From the NCBI GenBank assembly GCA_002104905.1, contig MCFE01000088.1, positions 62,001-126,000 of the forward strand: a DNA stretch of 64,000 nucleotides. The letters are read 5' to 3'. How positions within the stretch are numbered: the stretch's first letter is position 1; every line of letters begins with the position of its first letter. Below are positions 49,501 to 62,685 of the stretch, piece after piece. This DNA is from Basidiobolus meristosporus CBS 931.73. Its lineage: Eukaryota > Fungi > Basidiobolomycota. A program made the position numbers and the translations under genes. A model generated the notes under the pieces. That model did not search any database. It was not told the DNA's origin and was given only the letters and a program-made list of their open reading frames with translations.

Positions 49501-52500
49501 ATCTTGGCCTTCCTATTGTCCCACGTCATTTCATTCCGCAAGCCAGTTGCCCAAATCAAGCTTCTGCGAATCCTTTCTCAGGTCAACTCGCCCAACAAGG
49601 TGAAGATGCTTCTTCCTTTGATGGACAGCCTGCTTCAGTCGGTCGTCGCTGCTGAGGATACCATCAAATCGGATGACCATATCCTTCAGCTGATGCAGCT
49701 ATGCATCCGCTGCTTCACCCCAGCCACCGCCTCCTTGTTGGATAGCAAGAGCTCCAAGTATTTGAAGATGTTCATTTCTCTTCTAAACACCAGTGGTGGT
49801 GATGAGGATATCACCTCCATTCAAGAGATGACCTTGGCCCAAATCACCCCCGAGCTCTTCGCTAATCTCAGCGCCACCAAGAAGTATGAGATCTTCTCAC
49901 ATCTTATCAGCCTTGCCTCGGAAGCCTCTACTACGGTAGTCAAACTCGTCAAGGAGGTTCTCAAGAGCATTTCCTTCGATGCATCCCTGGTTTCCCAAGA
50001 GTTTGCCTATCTTCACCAAGAGTTGATCAAGCAGAAGGATAGCCAACCTAAGCGCGCTCGTGAGAACGACGCCGAGAAGCAGCCAATTCTTGTGCCCCTG
50101 TACAACCTTATCACCACATTGGAGCTTTTGGAATACAAGCCCAGCATTGACAAGGAGATCAGCCTTATCTCCCCCTTGTTCGAGATGCTCTCCGTGGTCT
50201 TGAACCTTGAACTCGGAGATACCCCAGTGTCAGTTGATTACATCAATCAGCTCATACTCTCCTCCTTGACACGACTAGTGCGTTCTGCTGATGAGAAACG
50301 CGTCACTATCGAAGAGAACATCCTCCGTGTGGACCTCGTCGTACAGTGCATTCGTGTGACCGCCAATCCACAAACTCACAATCAGTCATTGCTTCTTATG
50401 GCTGCTATTGCTGCCTTGTATCCCGATCGTGTCCTTCACAACATCATGCCGGTCTTCACCTTCATGGGAGCGAACGTTCTTCGCCAAGACGACAACTATA
50501 GTTTCCATGTGATCCAACAGACTTTGGAGAAGATTCTTCCTCCATTGGTTGCTTCCCATCGCCAAGCCAGCGAATCCAACCAGAAGCTGCTTCTTGCCGT
50601 CAAGCCCATCATGAGCGTGTTTGTTGATGCACTCTTCCATATCCCCAAGCATAGAAGATTGAGACTGTTCACCGTCCTCGTCTCCACCTTGGGTGAGGGC
50701 GAGTTCCTTTACGCCATTCTCTCCTTGCTTTTGGAGAAATACACCGAGAAGGTCTTGAAGGGCAACTCGGCCGAAGCCGACTCTCTCATGGAGTTCTGCC
50801 TGATCGTCTCCAACCAGTTCTCTCCTCAAACCCAGATGAACTCGCTCGCTTCTTTGATGAAGGCCTTGTTGGTGTTGCCCAATGAGAAATCCACCGACGA
50901 GGAAAACGTTGATGACACTCTCTTCGACATCGAGCAGCATTCCAACAAACATCTTCGTCAATTCAAGTTCGCCTCCCTCTCGTTCGCCGGTAAACTCCTT
51001 AGCAACAAGGCGTTCTTGTCCAAGATTCTCACTCTGCAGGACGACAACCAGTTGGAGCAGTACTTCCTCTCGATCTCCGAGTTGCTTCTCTCCATTGTCA
51101 CCAACGTCACCACCTTCGTGGGCCAGAAGACTGGAGACTCCGTCGAGAAGTTCTGGAAGGGTCTCCTCAAGGTCACTTACGATGTTTTGGATAAGGTGAA
51201 CAACCTTCTTCCATTGCCATCATTCTTGAACATCGTATCCCAATTATTGAACCACGAGCACAGCACCATTCGTCGCAAGTCTATGTTGTTGCTCAGTGAG
51301 AAGGTTGCCAACTATTCGGAATGCACCGATGCCGAGGAGGCCGCCTTTGTTGAGATGGTGCCCCGTCTGGCTGCCGTTGTGGAGTCTGCCGGCCAATCTA
51401 CCGAGCAAGACGCAGTCATCAAGCAGACCGCTCTGTTGACCATTTCTGCTTTGCTTCGTCGCTTTGCTCAGAAGAACCCCAATCCCTTCGTGGAGATTCT
51501 GCCGGTTGTCATCGGTGATAGTGGCTTGAGCCACTCCAATATGCAGGTCTCCGCCTCCAGCCTTGTCTGCCTCACATACTTCTGTCAAGAGTTGGGTCCT
51601 AGAGTGATTCCTCAGTTCCCCAAGTTCATGCCAGTCATTCTCAATATCCTGGAATCTTGCTTCGGCGAGAAGGAACTCTCAGCCAATACACGTCTCCTGG
51701 TCCAATTGAGCGCTTTCAGTTCACTGGAAACCATTGTCAAGACCCTTCCTCAATTCCTCAGCCCCTACGTCCAAAGAATGCTGGCCTGCGCGCTTCAGCC
51801 TTCGTTGAGCCATTTCGAGGAAGACGATAAGGAGAGAAAGGTGTTCGGAAAGGCCCAAAGCCTCTTGTCTGAGATGGCCGCCAAGGTCCCCACCCGTATC
51901 CTGCTCCCTCAAGTGTATCAGTATCAGGGATTGGCAGTCAAGAATGGAACAAACTCGCTCATTCCTCTTTACACTGTATTGGAGACCGCCATTTCCAGCA
52001 TGAACCGCGCAAACATCTCCACTCACTACAAGAGCATCTTCAAGTTCTTCCTGATCTCGTTCGATTTCCGTCGTCAACACGGAAGCGAGTTCACTGCTGA
52101 GGAGGTCGACCGGGTCGAGAGCAAGGTCATTGAATCCTTCCTTCAATTGGTCATGAAGTTGAACGAAACCCTGTTCAAGCCTCTATTCTTGAAGACCTTG
52201 GACTGGGCCACCACCGAGCTTGCACAAAAGGACGACAACTCCAGACTCATCTTCTTCTACAAGCTTCTGGACACCTTGCTGGAGAAATTGAAGTCCATCA
52301 TCAGCCCCTACTACGTGTACGTTCTGGATCATACTATCGCCAAGTTGGAGGCATACAAATCCGAGCAGAAGAGCACCGACTCTCTTTGGGTGTTCATGAT
52401 CGACTCTCTCCACAAGTGCTTCTTGTATGACAACGACAACTTCTGGTCGGGCGATGTATTCAACAAGGTCCTTCAACCCTTGGTTGACCAAATGGATAAC

Positions 52501-52850
52501 GTCAATGGAGGCGCTGCTCTCTATCATCAACACATTGATCAGCACTTGGTCCTTGTCTTGGCCAATTAGCTGTCACGGCCAGCAACGAGGCACTCTGGAA
52601 GCCACTGAACCACGAGGTGTTGCTCAAGTCCCGTAACGATCAAATGGAGATCCGACTCGCATCCCTCCTCACCCTTCAAGACTTCTACTCCCGTCTGGGT
52701 GAGGAGTTCCTTGTGCTGTTGCCCGAAACCATTCCCTTCCTTGCGGAACTTATGGAGGATGACGAGCAGAAGGTGGAGAAACTCACCCAGGAAGTGATCG
52801 CCCAGATCGAGCAATATTTGGGAGAATCTCTCCAGAAATACTTCCACTAA
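46540..52850 (+). CDS. UTP10: U3 snoRNP/SSU processome HEAT-repeat protein Utp10 (HEATR1), intronless, with a one-base deletion at about 52551
   Basis: N-terminal SLALQL..ASFLFD..AADYD, LSPYFLLKPAGKVLEWLIRRF, RVDLVVQCIRVTANPQTHNQSLLL, BP28-CT KLNETLFKPLF, C-terminal LGEEFLVLLPETIPFLAELMEDD in the shifted frame. Confidence 0.96.
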
Positions 52851-53811
52851 ATCCACCGGGAGTTGCATTTTCCCTTTCCATGTAATATCGCAGAGATGCT
52901 CTCACGCACCCCTTCCCCGTACCTACTCTGGACGACAATCCCTATCCACCCGTCCACCACTAGATCATGTTTCTGTTAATAAAATCCATATAGAATAACC
53001 CATACTGTCCCAAGGCTCGGAGGAATTTCCAAATGCAAGGGCAAACATGAGGAGGATTTCTTCCACAGAGCCCGCGCAACATAATCAATGCGGCAATGCC
53101 TTGATTCGGTATCATTGGAATTCAATCTTGTAACCATCCACCAAGCGATGCACCTTTACATACCATTCCACTGGTAACCCACTGCAGCCAATCACCTGCG
53201 GGATGTATATTTATATCCACCAGGTACAGTGTATTCGCAGGATTGCTGTGACGACGTCAGAGATTGACACGAACTGAATGGACAAACTGTAAACAAACGG
53301 ATTGTGTATTTAGGGATCCGAACTGATCGATATCATCTCATCTCACCCCACCCTCCCGTTCTCACCCTAGTTAGAAAGAGTGACCAGTCGGAGGAGGTGG
53401 GCCTGAAATCAGCGCACCACACGCTCCCCTCCTGATCCAAATCTACCCCTCTTCTCTGGAATTCACCCAATTCCTCAATCAGATATTCCCTAGGAAAAAT
53501 TCCATTCGATCATTTCCAATTTCCCACCGCCAAATACGTCCCGTCAAAAGGTTAGGGCCCTTGTTGCTTAGGTCTACCCACTTGCCCTCGATTCTTTAGC
53601 GAACGTAGCGACGAGCCTTCGAAGTATTGCTCGCACAGTCTCCCCCTTCCGCATTCTACCTCGTAGACACACCCCTAGTTTTTACCCCCCCCCGTTAGAA
53701 AACTTCCTCCCGTACCCTCTCGGAAGTTGTTGCTGGTCTATCAAGGCCTATTTCCACTCACAGCAGTCTCCTTTCCGACCATTCCTTGCTAGCCTAGGCA
53801 GCATCCGGAGC

Positions 53812-55816
53812 ATGCTGAAAGAATACAACAACCGACCTAAACGCGGGAAAGAGTTGTGGACTAGTATGAGAAACTCGATCCAGACCAGAGTGCGGAAAAC
53901 CTCGACCACCAACGATAGCGAGACCGCGCCTTCAGATAGCGATAGCTCGAGTATCCGGTCCGCCTCTTCGAGCCACAGTATGGAACGTCGACGGTCGGAC
54001 TTTTTCATGAACAAACTCAAAGTCTGGATAGGCTCCTCCCCCAACAGTCCGACCACCACGCCCACCACCAGTGTCGAAAACACGCCCACCACCCCCACCA
54101 AAAAAGAAACCCTTCGGTCGGACTCGAGTGGTCCCAATTCGTTGGCGTTGTCGAACCTCTCTCTGGAAGAAGCTCCGGCTCTCCCAGCCAGGAGCAAATC
54201 TAAAACCTCCCTTACCATTGATATCAGTGAGGCCACTCTGGCCCCACCCTCACCACAGTCAGAGTCGGAACTCTGCAGTCCGATCTCCGACGACGAACCG
54301 CATGTCTTGTGGAACAGCATCAAGCAAGCAATTGACCGTGGAGATCGCACCGCGCTCTCCAACATCTTCATCACCCGGAACTCCTCCACGGTGTTGCAGG
54401 TGCTGCTCACGTACTCGTATTCCAACCACGACAAAATCTACCGTCACGAGCAGGAGATCATCCAGGATGCCGATGAGTTGCTGGGCAAGTCGGTAGAAAA
54501 CCTGAACGGCCTGCAGATAGCCTGCATGCTGGGCGACGAGGAGCTGGCGTTGGACATCTTGCAATACGTCGCTTACGAGTCCGAGAAGATGGACGCCAAA
54601 AAGGTCCTCTACGAATTCATGTCAAGAGTGTGGGGCGGTGGCAACACCGCGCTGCACCTGGCCAGTTTTCTGGGGATGGCCGACCTGGTGAAGAAACTCC
54701 TCGACCTCGGCGCCAACACCAACAAACGTAACGATAGAAAGTACAAGCCAGTAGATTGTGCGGATGACGATGAAACCAGAGCGTTGTTCATGAATCTATT
54801 CGAAGGTAATGCTTATATGGAAGGTCATTTCGCAGTCGCGTCTAACATGTTTCTTGCTGGCCACCAGTTGTTCGTTATCCCCTCAAAAGAACCTGCTCTG
54901 TGGACGAAGCCTATGCCCGCAGGCGACGGGAGCAATCCACGGCAAAAGCCTCTTCCGTCGGCTCGGTTAGCGGGAAAAAGATCGGGCTATCAAAAGAAGC
55001 CGAGAGCGACCTGGAGGTGGGCACGTTGTCAACGTACCAACCTATCACTGCCTCGTCGCCAAATTTCAAGTACAGCTTGATCAATGGCCCACCCGGAGGC
55101 TCCACCAAGCTTGACTCGTCGGAGAGAAACTCTTCGAGCGAACTGAGAAAGGATGTTGCCCCTAGCCGATCCAGCCAGAAAAAGAAACATGTGTCATTCG
55201 ATCCTTACACGCTGTTGTCCAGCAGTGCCCGCCTGGGAGACCTCGACGAAGTCAAACGTCTATTAGAAAATCGCAATATCGAGGGGCTATCACCGAATTA
55301 CCAAACGCCACATAGCCTTCTCTCTCCGTTACATCTTGCCGCTAGCTATTGCCACCTGAGGCTGTGTAAATATCTGGTGTCAGTTGGTGCTGACGTTAAC
55401 ATTCAAGACGCCGAGGGCTGGACTCCACTGCATTGTGCGGCGGCTGAGGGCCACATGGAGATCCTTCGATATCTTCTTAGTATGGACGAGGTGGATGTGA
55501 ACCTTTTGAATGAGGAAGATGAGTCGGCCTTGGATGTGGCAGAAGAGGAATCGATTCGTTCATTTTTAGAAGGTAAGTCCCGCTGTAAGGCATTCCCCCC
55601 ATGACGCAGCTATTGATTATTCTTTTCCAATTGACAGAGCAATTTAAGCGCAGGGAGCTCTCCAGCAATGCTCGGACGTCTCAGGATTCTGACCCATCCA
55701 CACAAGATCAGAGATACACCGGCGCAAGAGGGCCTTACTCACGAGCCAAATCGGATCTACAGCGGAATCGACTTGGGTATGGGCTCAAGAAAAACGAGGT
55801 GACCACGCATGGGTGA
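53812..55816 (+). CDS. Ankyrin-repeat protein with two ankyrin blocks and an RVxF motif, candidate PP1 regulatory subunit; exons 53812-54805, 54868-55572, 55638-55816
   Basis: GNTALHLASFLG, SPLHLAASYCH, GWTPLHCAAAEGH repeats; KKHVSFD just before the second block; GT-AG introns join the frames. Confidence 0.85.
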
Positions 55817-56223
55817 GGTGCCCACGTAGATATCCCATATGTCCGGGTTCGAGAGATTTCATACATCGTATATTCCTCACCGATTTCCGACGACCCAAGC
55901 GAGCCTACGCGCGTGGAGATCTGATGGCTTCCTTTTCAATGTACAAATTGCCGAACACGGCCTTTTTAATCATGGTTCTCGTCAACTACTTTAATCACTT
56001 CCATTGCATACAAAGCCCTGCCCAATATATATATATGTTTGCTTTTTGGCCATACCGGATTTCCAATTTGGTAGAGAATCTCCCAACCATCAGGCGTGTG
56101 GCGTGTGGGATGTAGACCTATATTAATCAACTAGAATGTTCACTGAATAAACTGAGGTGTAAATTGATCAAAACCATTTTATTCAGGCCAAAATTGCCGC
56201 TTGCGGGGTGCATTGCAAACAGC

Positions 56224-57912
56224 TTAGCAATTGCGGGGATTACGGGCACACCACAAGGGTTGCAAGGGCTCAGCACCAATGCCACGATCAACCAAACGAG
56301 CTCTTTGCTCGTGGATACGTGGGAACACGTCACCAGTCTTGCGAATAGTGCCGTCAGCAAGCTTGATGTCGGACCAGAGGACTTCGGCGGCCGCAGCGCC
56401 ACGAGGCCACAAGACACGATCAAGGTTGATGCCATCGATTTGCTCCGCCCAGAGGCCTACCTCACCGCCAAGGACAAGCTTTGACTGTTCCTTGGTCATG
56501 TTGGCAGTGAGGTCATAGTTGTAAACAACCTGCCAGCCCTTGTAAGGATCACACCATGAGTTGCCTTGGCTGTCACTGATCCAGGCACCACGGCCACAGT
56601 CAAGATACCATCTCTCGTAGCTGGTGGAGATCACTCGATGGCCAGCACCCACTACCTTCAAGGCATCGGCAGCACCGAGCCATACTTGGACGGCAACATC
56701 CTTCTGCATGGGGATGTGGTGGCTGGTCAAGGCCTCTTGCCAGGTGATTGGAGTCTTCTTGTTCTCACGGACCCAGTTGTGAGACTTGAGGACGAATTTC
56801 TCAAAGACGCTGTCAAGGGTGACGTTGTTCTTCTGGAGGTACTCGGGGTAGCCAGGAGAGGTCTCCCAGCACTTGAAGTTCACCTCATCACCACCGATGT
56901 GGACGAACTCGTCGTCGAACCAGGTGGTCACTTCCTTGAGGAAGTTGCGAACAATGACATCGGTCTTGGGGTTGATGATGTTCAATTGACCACTGTTGGG
57001 TTCAGCAGCGTATTCAGACCAGTTGGGCTGGATATTCATGCAAGTGACAATGTCAGGGAAGGCAAGACCCCAGGAGTAAGCATGGCCTGGAATATCGAAC
57101 TCGGGGTAGACTCTGATGCCGCGGTCCTTGGCATAGCTGACAATGTCACGGACATCCTTCTCGGTGTACACCCAGCGCTTGCTGTAGGCTCCCTTCTCGG
57201 CCAACTCAGGGTAGGTCTTGGTCTTGAGGGGGAAGCTGTGCTGATCGATGATGTGCCAGTGGAGAACGTTGAGCTTGTTGTATGACATGCCATCGAGGGT
57301 GCGCTTGATGTCGGCAACCTTGAGGAAGTTGCGAGAAGTGTCGATCATCACACCACGATGGGGGAACACTGGCTTGTCAGTGATCGACACTGGGGCCAAT
57401 GGGATGCGGAACTGGTTGGTCTCCTCAGTCCAGCTGACAAGCTGCGAGAATGACTCGAGACCACGAAGGGCACCATACACACTCTTGGCCGTGATGGTGG
57501 CCTGACCACCCTTGGCTGGGACATTCAAGGTGTATGACTCATCGGTGTCGAGGTTGAGCTTGGTGTTGCCACCGCTGACTTGAATGCTGAGACGATTCAA
57601 CAAGGGGTACTTGCCCTTGGGTGCGAGGGCGTGAGTAGGAACAGAGGTGGTAGGAGTGGGGAAGACAGTCTTGGCAACAGGGTTGAGGAGAGCACCATAC
57701 TCACCCTTGGTGAAGATCAACTTCTTGTAGCGGCGGACAGCTCTCTCAAGGATATCTTTGCCAGCACCGGCCTTGATGGAGACATCGAGTTCGTGATTGC
57801 TCAGACGGACGATGTTCTTGCCAATGTCCATCTTCTCGGGCAAGGGCCAGACCCAAGCCATGGAGGTGGCGGCCAACAGCGAGATAGAGGTAAGGAGTTT
57901 GATAGCAACCAT
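56224..57912 (-). CDS. GH20 beta-N-acetylhexosaminidase, copy A, 562 aa, secreted, intronless
   Basis: Signal peptide then WVWPLP; [29 protein letters not shown], catalytic HIGGDEV, YLDCG, GGEVGLWAE, LWPRGAAAAEVLWS, QPLWC. Confidence 0.97.
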   Translation of the reverse strand: MVAIKLLTSISLLAATSMAWVWPLPEKMDIGKNIVRLSNHELDVSIKAGAGKDILERAVRRYKKLIFTKGEYGALLNPVAKTVFPTPTTSVPTHALAPKGKYPLLNRLSIQVSGGNTKLNLDTDESYTLNVPAKGGQATITAKSVYGALRGLESFSQLVSWTEETNQFRIPLAPVSITDKPVFPHRGVMIDTSRNFLKVADIKRTLDGMSYNKLNVLHWHIIDQHSFPLKTKTYPELAEKGAYSKRWVYTEKDVRDIVSYAKDRGIRVYPEFDIPGHAYSWGLAFPDIVTCMNIQPNWSEYAAEPNSGQLNIINPKTDVIVRNFLKEVTTWFDDEFVHIGGDEVNFKCWETSPGYPEYLQKNNVTLDSVFEKFVLKSHNWVRENKKTPITWQEALTSHHIPMQKDVAVQVWLGAADALKVVGAGHRVISTSYERWYLDCGRGAWISDSQGNSWCDPYKGWQVVYNYDLTANMTKEQSKLVLGGEVGLWAEQIDGINLDRVLWPRGAAAAEVLWSDIKLADGTIRKTGDVFPRIHEQRARLVDRGIGAEPLQPLWCARNPRNC

Positions 57913-58318
57913 TGATTAAGATTAACAGGTGAATACGGACTCTATTGCTGAATCGCCAAGCTGCTTCGGACGGCTTTATACTTTTTCTTGAGTGGCATCC
58001 TTCATAGAGATGAATACACATGGGCTGCAAGTGTAACACAAAACCCGAGTGAATACATTACGTTCTTAAAATGTTCAAATTGAGCTGCCATGAGAATATC
58101 GAGCTTACCAAAGTAGAAATGTGTGACGATGGACAATTGGCTCAATTGAAGGGTTGACTAGATGGGGTTCCGTGGAAGTGTTTGTTAAACTTGGTAGACT
58201 GAGGTCTCAAAGAAATATCAGCGCCTACTTTATTAAGGATTCCGGGGGAAATCACTTTATTCATGAGTTCGTCACGAAAATCTATCATCCTTTGGTGACT
58301 AATGTATGGGGGGGGGAA

Positions 58319-60007
58319 TCAGCAATTTCTTGGGTTGCGAGCACACCACAGCGGTTGCATGGGCTCAGCACCAATGCCACGATCAACCAAACGAGCTCTT
58401 TGCTCGTGGATACGTGGGAACACATCGCCAGTCTTGCGAATAGTGCCATCAGCAAGCTTAATGTCGGACCAGAGGACTTCGGCGGCCGCAGCGCCACGAG
58501 GCCACAAGACACGATCAAGGTTGATCCCATCAATTTGCTCTCCCCACACTCCAACCTCTCCACCAAGTACGAGCTTGGCCTCATCCTTAGTCATGTTGGC
58601 GGTGAGGTCGTAGTTGTACACGATCTGCCAGCTCTTATACGGATCGCACCATGATTTATCCTGGTTGTCACTTATCCAGGCACCATGACCACAGTCGAGA
58701 TACCATCTTTCATGACCAATAGAAATTACGTGATGACCAGTGCGGACTATCTTCACCGCATCAGCAGCACTTAGCCACACTTGAACATGAACATCCTTCC
58801 TCATAGGAATATGATGGCTAGTCAACGCTTCTTGCCAGGTGATAGGAACTTTGTTGTTCTCACGAACCCATTGATGAGCTTTCAAAACGAATTGCTCAAG
58901 AAGGTTGTCGATGGTGACGTTGTTCTTCTGGAGGTACTCGGGGTATCCAGGAGAGGTCTCCCAGCACTTGAAGTTCACCTCATCGCCACCGATGTGGACG
59001 AACTCGTCGTCGAACCAGGTGGTCACTTCCTTGAGGAAGTTGCGAACAATGACATCGGTCTTGGGATTGATGATGTTCAATTGACCACTAGATGGTGCGG
59101 CCGAATGTGCAGCCCAGTTAGGTTGGATATTCATGCATGAAACAATGTCAGGGAAGCAAGACCCCAAGAGTAGGCATGGCCTGGAATATCGAACTCGGGA
59201 ATAACTCTGATGCCACGGTCCTTGGCATAGCTGACAATGTCGCGGACATCCTTCTCGGTGTACACCCAGCGCTTGCTGTAGGCTCCCTTCTCGGCCAACT
59301 CAGGGTAGGTCTTAGTCTTGAGGGGGAAGCTGTGCTGATCGATGATGTGCCAGTGGAGAACGTTGAGCTTGTTGTATGACATGCCAGTCGAGGGTGCGCT
59401 TGATGTCGGCAACCTTGAGGAAGTTACGAGATGTGTCAATTAACACTCCACGATGAGCAAACGCTGGCTTGTCAGTGATTGAAACGGGGGCAAATGGGAT
59501 GCGGAACTGATCGGTCTCCTCAGTCCAGCTAACAAGCTGCGAGAATGACTCGAGACCACGAAGGGCACCATACACACTCTTGGCCGTGATGGTGGCCTGA
59601 CCACCCTTGGCTGGGACATTCAAGGTGTATGACTCATCGGTGTCGAGGTTGAGCTTGGTGTTGCCGCCACTGACTTGGATGTCAAGGTGAGTCAACAATG
59701 GATACTTGTCCTTGGGTGCGAGGGCATGAGTAGGAACAGAGGTGGTAGGAGTGGGGAAGATAGTCTGGACAACAGGGTTAAGAAGAGCGCCATACTCGCC
59801 CTTAGTAAAGACTAACTTCTTGTAACGACTGATAGCTCTCTCAAGGATATCTTTTCCAGCATCAGCTCTGATGGAGAAATCGAATTCTTGACTGCTCAAG
59901 CAGACGATGTTCTTGCCAATATCCATCTTCTCAGGCAAGGGCCAAACCCAAGCCATTGAGGTGACGGCCAAAAGTGAGATGGAAGTAAGGAGTTTAGTGA
60001 CTACCAT
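58319..60007 (-). pseudogene. GH20 copy B, most divergent; +1 (about 59387) and -1 (about 59156) frameshifts as assembled
   Basis: Colinear with copy A; atgccagtcg versus atgccatcg and gggaagcaag versus gggaaggcaag; may be intact if these are assembly errors. Confidence 0.8.
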
Positions 60008-60994
60008 ATGTTAAAACTCTATTAAGGAATATGTCATGTTTTATTGCTTTTAATTTATACTCGGCTGTTTGCCGAAGACCACTCCATATATATCGGGGTT
60101 TCGGATGCATGATTGAGAGTTACCGTGCAGTCACCAGAACTTGATCTTACCATGACTTAACTATTCAATTCACTTGAGATGTTAATATCAAACGCCCCTC
60201 GTCCACTGCTATGTCAAGACAATAATCTGCAAGGCAAACCTAATCTTCGATACGGATTTGTTGTGTATCGAAGTTTACTGCTGATTGCCAGCGATCAAGT
60301 ACATGAATAGGATTCTGGCAACCTATAAACGCATCGAAAATGTCGCATTGCATGGAGATCCTTAACCTGAAAATGACCGGATATGTACAGGGTATGCACA
60401 GAGTGTGGGTACTGTGTATTATGCATCAACACTCCAGAAGTGTGAAATAACGAGAAGGGACTTATCCATTCCAAATTTAGCGGAAAATGGAATGCTGATC
60501 CAGGACCTGATACAAGGAATTTCATCAAGTTATCTTTAGATTACCTTACCACTGAAATCCGGACCCAAGAATCATTCTCAAAAATAGCGATTCTCCGAGC
60601 TGGACTAATGACCAAAGCAATCATGTGGTTTTTCTTGTGGGAGGTATGAAATTTCATTAGGCAGAATATGGAAATCCGCACGGGAAACAATCGATAATTA
60701 GTCCAACGGACCTATCCTATAGCTGGGTGATTTACGACGACTAGTCAAACAGGTGTACAACCCATGAAAGTATATCCTTGCTAAACTCAGCTCCCTAAAT
60801 TAGGTCCCAGCTCAAAAAACCCGGAAATACAAGACGCTTTATGAATACGAATCAATATATCGATTTATTAGGTCAAAATTGGTAGATCAAATGCCATACT
60901 TCTAGATGGCGAAATCAAAATACTGGAACACATTCTTCACGACATCGGTAAAAAAAACGCCCATTAAGTGGGTTGCAATTTCGAGTGCTCAAAA

Positions 60995-62685
60995 TTAGCA
61001 ATTGCGAGGGTTGCGAGCACACCACAATGGCTGCAAGGGCTCAGCTCCAATGCCACGATCAACCAAACGCGCTCTTTGCTCGTGGATACGTGGGAACACA
61101 TCGCCAGTCTTGCGAATAGTGCCATCAGCAAGCTTGATGTCCGACCAGAGGACTTCGGCGGCAGCAGCGCCACGAGGCCACAAGACACGATCAAGATTAA
61201 TGCCATCGATTGCTTCGGCCCAGAGACCAACCTCACCACCGAGGACAAGCTTTGACTGTTCCTTGGTCATGTTTGCGGTGAGGTCGTAGTTGTACACAAC
61301 CTGCCAGCCCTTGTAAGGATCGCACCATGAGTTGCCTTGGCTGTCACTGATCCAGGCACCACGACCACAGTCAAGATACCATCTCTCGTAGCTGGTGGAG
61401 ATCACTCGATTTCCTGCCTCAACTACCTTGATGGCATCAGCGGCACCAAGCCATACTTGGACGGCAACATCCTTTCCGATGGGGATGTGGTGGCTGGTCA
61501 AGGCCTCTTGCCAGGTGATTGGAGTCTTCTTGTTCTCACGGACCCAGTTGTGAGACTTGAGGACGAATTGTCCAAAGAGGTTGTCAAGGGTGACGTTGTT
61601 CTTCTGGAGGTACTCGGGGTAGCCAGGAGAGTCCTCCCAGCACTTGAAGTTCACCTCATCACCACCGATGTGGACGAATTCATCGTCGAACCAGGTGGTC
61701 ACTTCCTTGAGGAAGTTACGAACAATGACATCGGTCTTGGGGTTGATGATGTTCAATTGACCACTGTTGGGCTCAGCAGCATAGTCAGACCAGTTGGGCT
61801 GCATGTTCATGCAAGTGACAATGTCAGGGAAGGCAAGACCCCAAGAGTAGGCATGGCCTGGAATATCGAACTCGGGATAGACTCTGATGCCGCGGTCCTT
61901 GGCATAGCTGACAATGTCACGGACATCCTTCTCGGTGTACACCCAGTGCTTGCTGTAGGCTCCCTTCTCGGCCAACTGAGGATAGGTCTTGGTCTTGAGG
62001 GGGAAGCTGTGCTGATCGATGATGTGCCAGTGGAGAACGTTGAGCTTGTTGTATGACATGCCGTCGAGGGTGCGCTTGATGTCGGCAACCTTGAGGAAGT
62101 TGCGAGAAGTGTCGATCATCACACCACGATGGGGGAACACTGGCTTGTCAGTGATCGACACTGGGGCCAATGGGATGCGGAACTGGTTGGTCTCCTCAGT
62201 CCAGCTAACAAGCTGCGAGAATGACTCGAGACCACGAAGGGCACCATACACACTCTTGGCCGTGATGGTGGCCTGACCGCCCTTGGCTGGGACATTCAAG
62301 GTGTATGACTCATCGGTGTCGAGGTTGAGCTTGGTGTTGCCACCGCTGACTTGGATGTTGAGGTGAGTCAACAGTGGGTACTTGCCCTTGGGTGCGAGGG
62401 CGTGAGTAGGAACAGAGGTGGTAGGAGTGGGGAAGACAGGTCTTGGCAACAGGGTTGAGGAGAGCACCATACTCACCCTTGGTGAAGATCAACTTCTTGT
62501 AGCGGCGTACAGCTCTCTCAAGGATATCTTTGCCAGCACAGGCCTTGATGGAGACACCAAATTCGTGATTGCTCAGACGGACGATGTTCTTGCCAATATC
62601 CATCTTCTCAGGCAATGGCCAGACCCAAGCCATGGAGGTGGCGGCCAACAGTAGAGATAGAGGTAAGGAGTTTAATGGCAACCAT
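60995..62685 (-). pseudogene. GH20 copy C; two +1 frameshifts as assembled (about 62440 and 62652), otherwise nearly identical to copy A
   Basis: gaagacaggtc versus gaagacagtc and cagtagagatag versus cagcgagatag; ATG at 62685 matches the copy A start; may be intact if these are assembly errors. Confidence 0.75.

Noticed and set aside
52540-52570. Programmed frameshift or readthrough in UTP10
   Set aside because: No slippery heptamer or obvious stimulatory structure; similar single-base indels recur across the window.
46594-52868. Multiple 100-190 aa minus-strand ORFs
   Set aside because: Antisense shadows of UTP10 with no recognisable motifs.
56566-62056. Repeated 239-aa and 95-aa plus-strand ORFs
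   Set aside because: Antisense shadows of the GH20 genes, kept open by codon bias and repeated because the genes are repeated.
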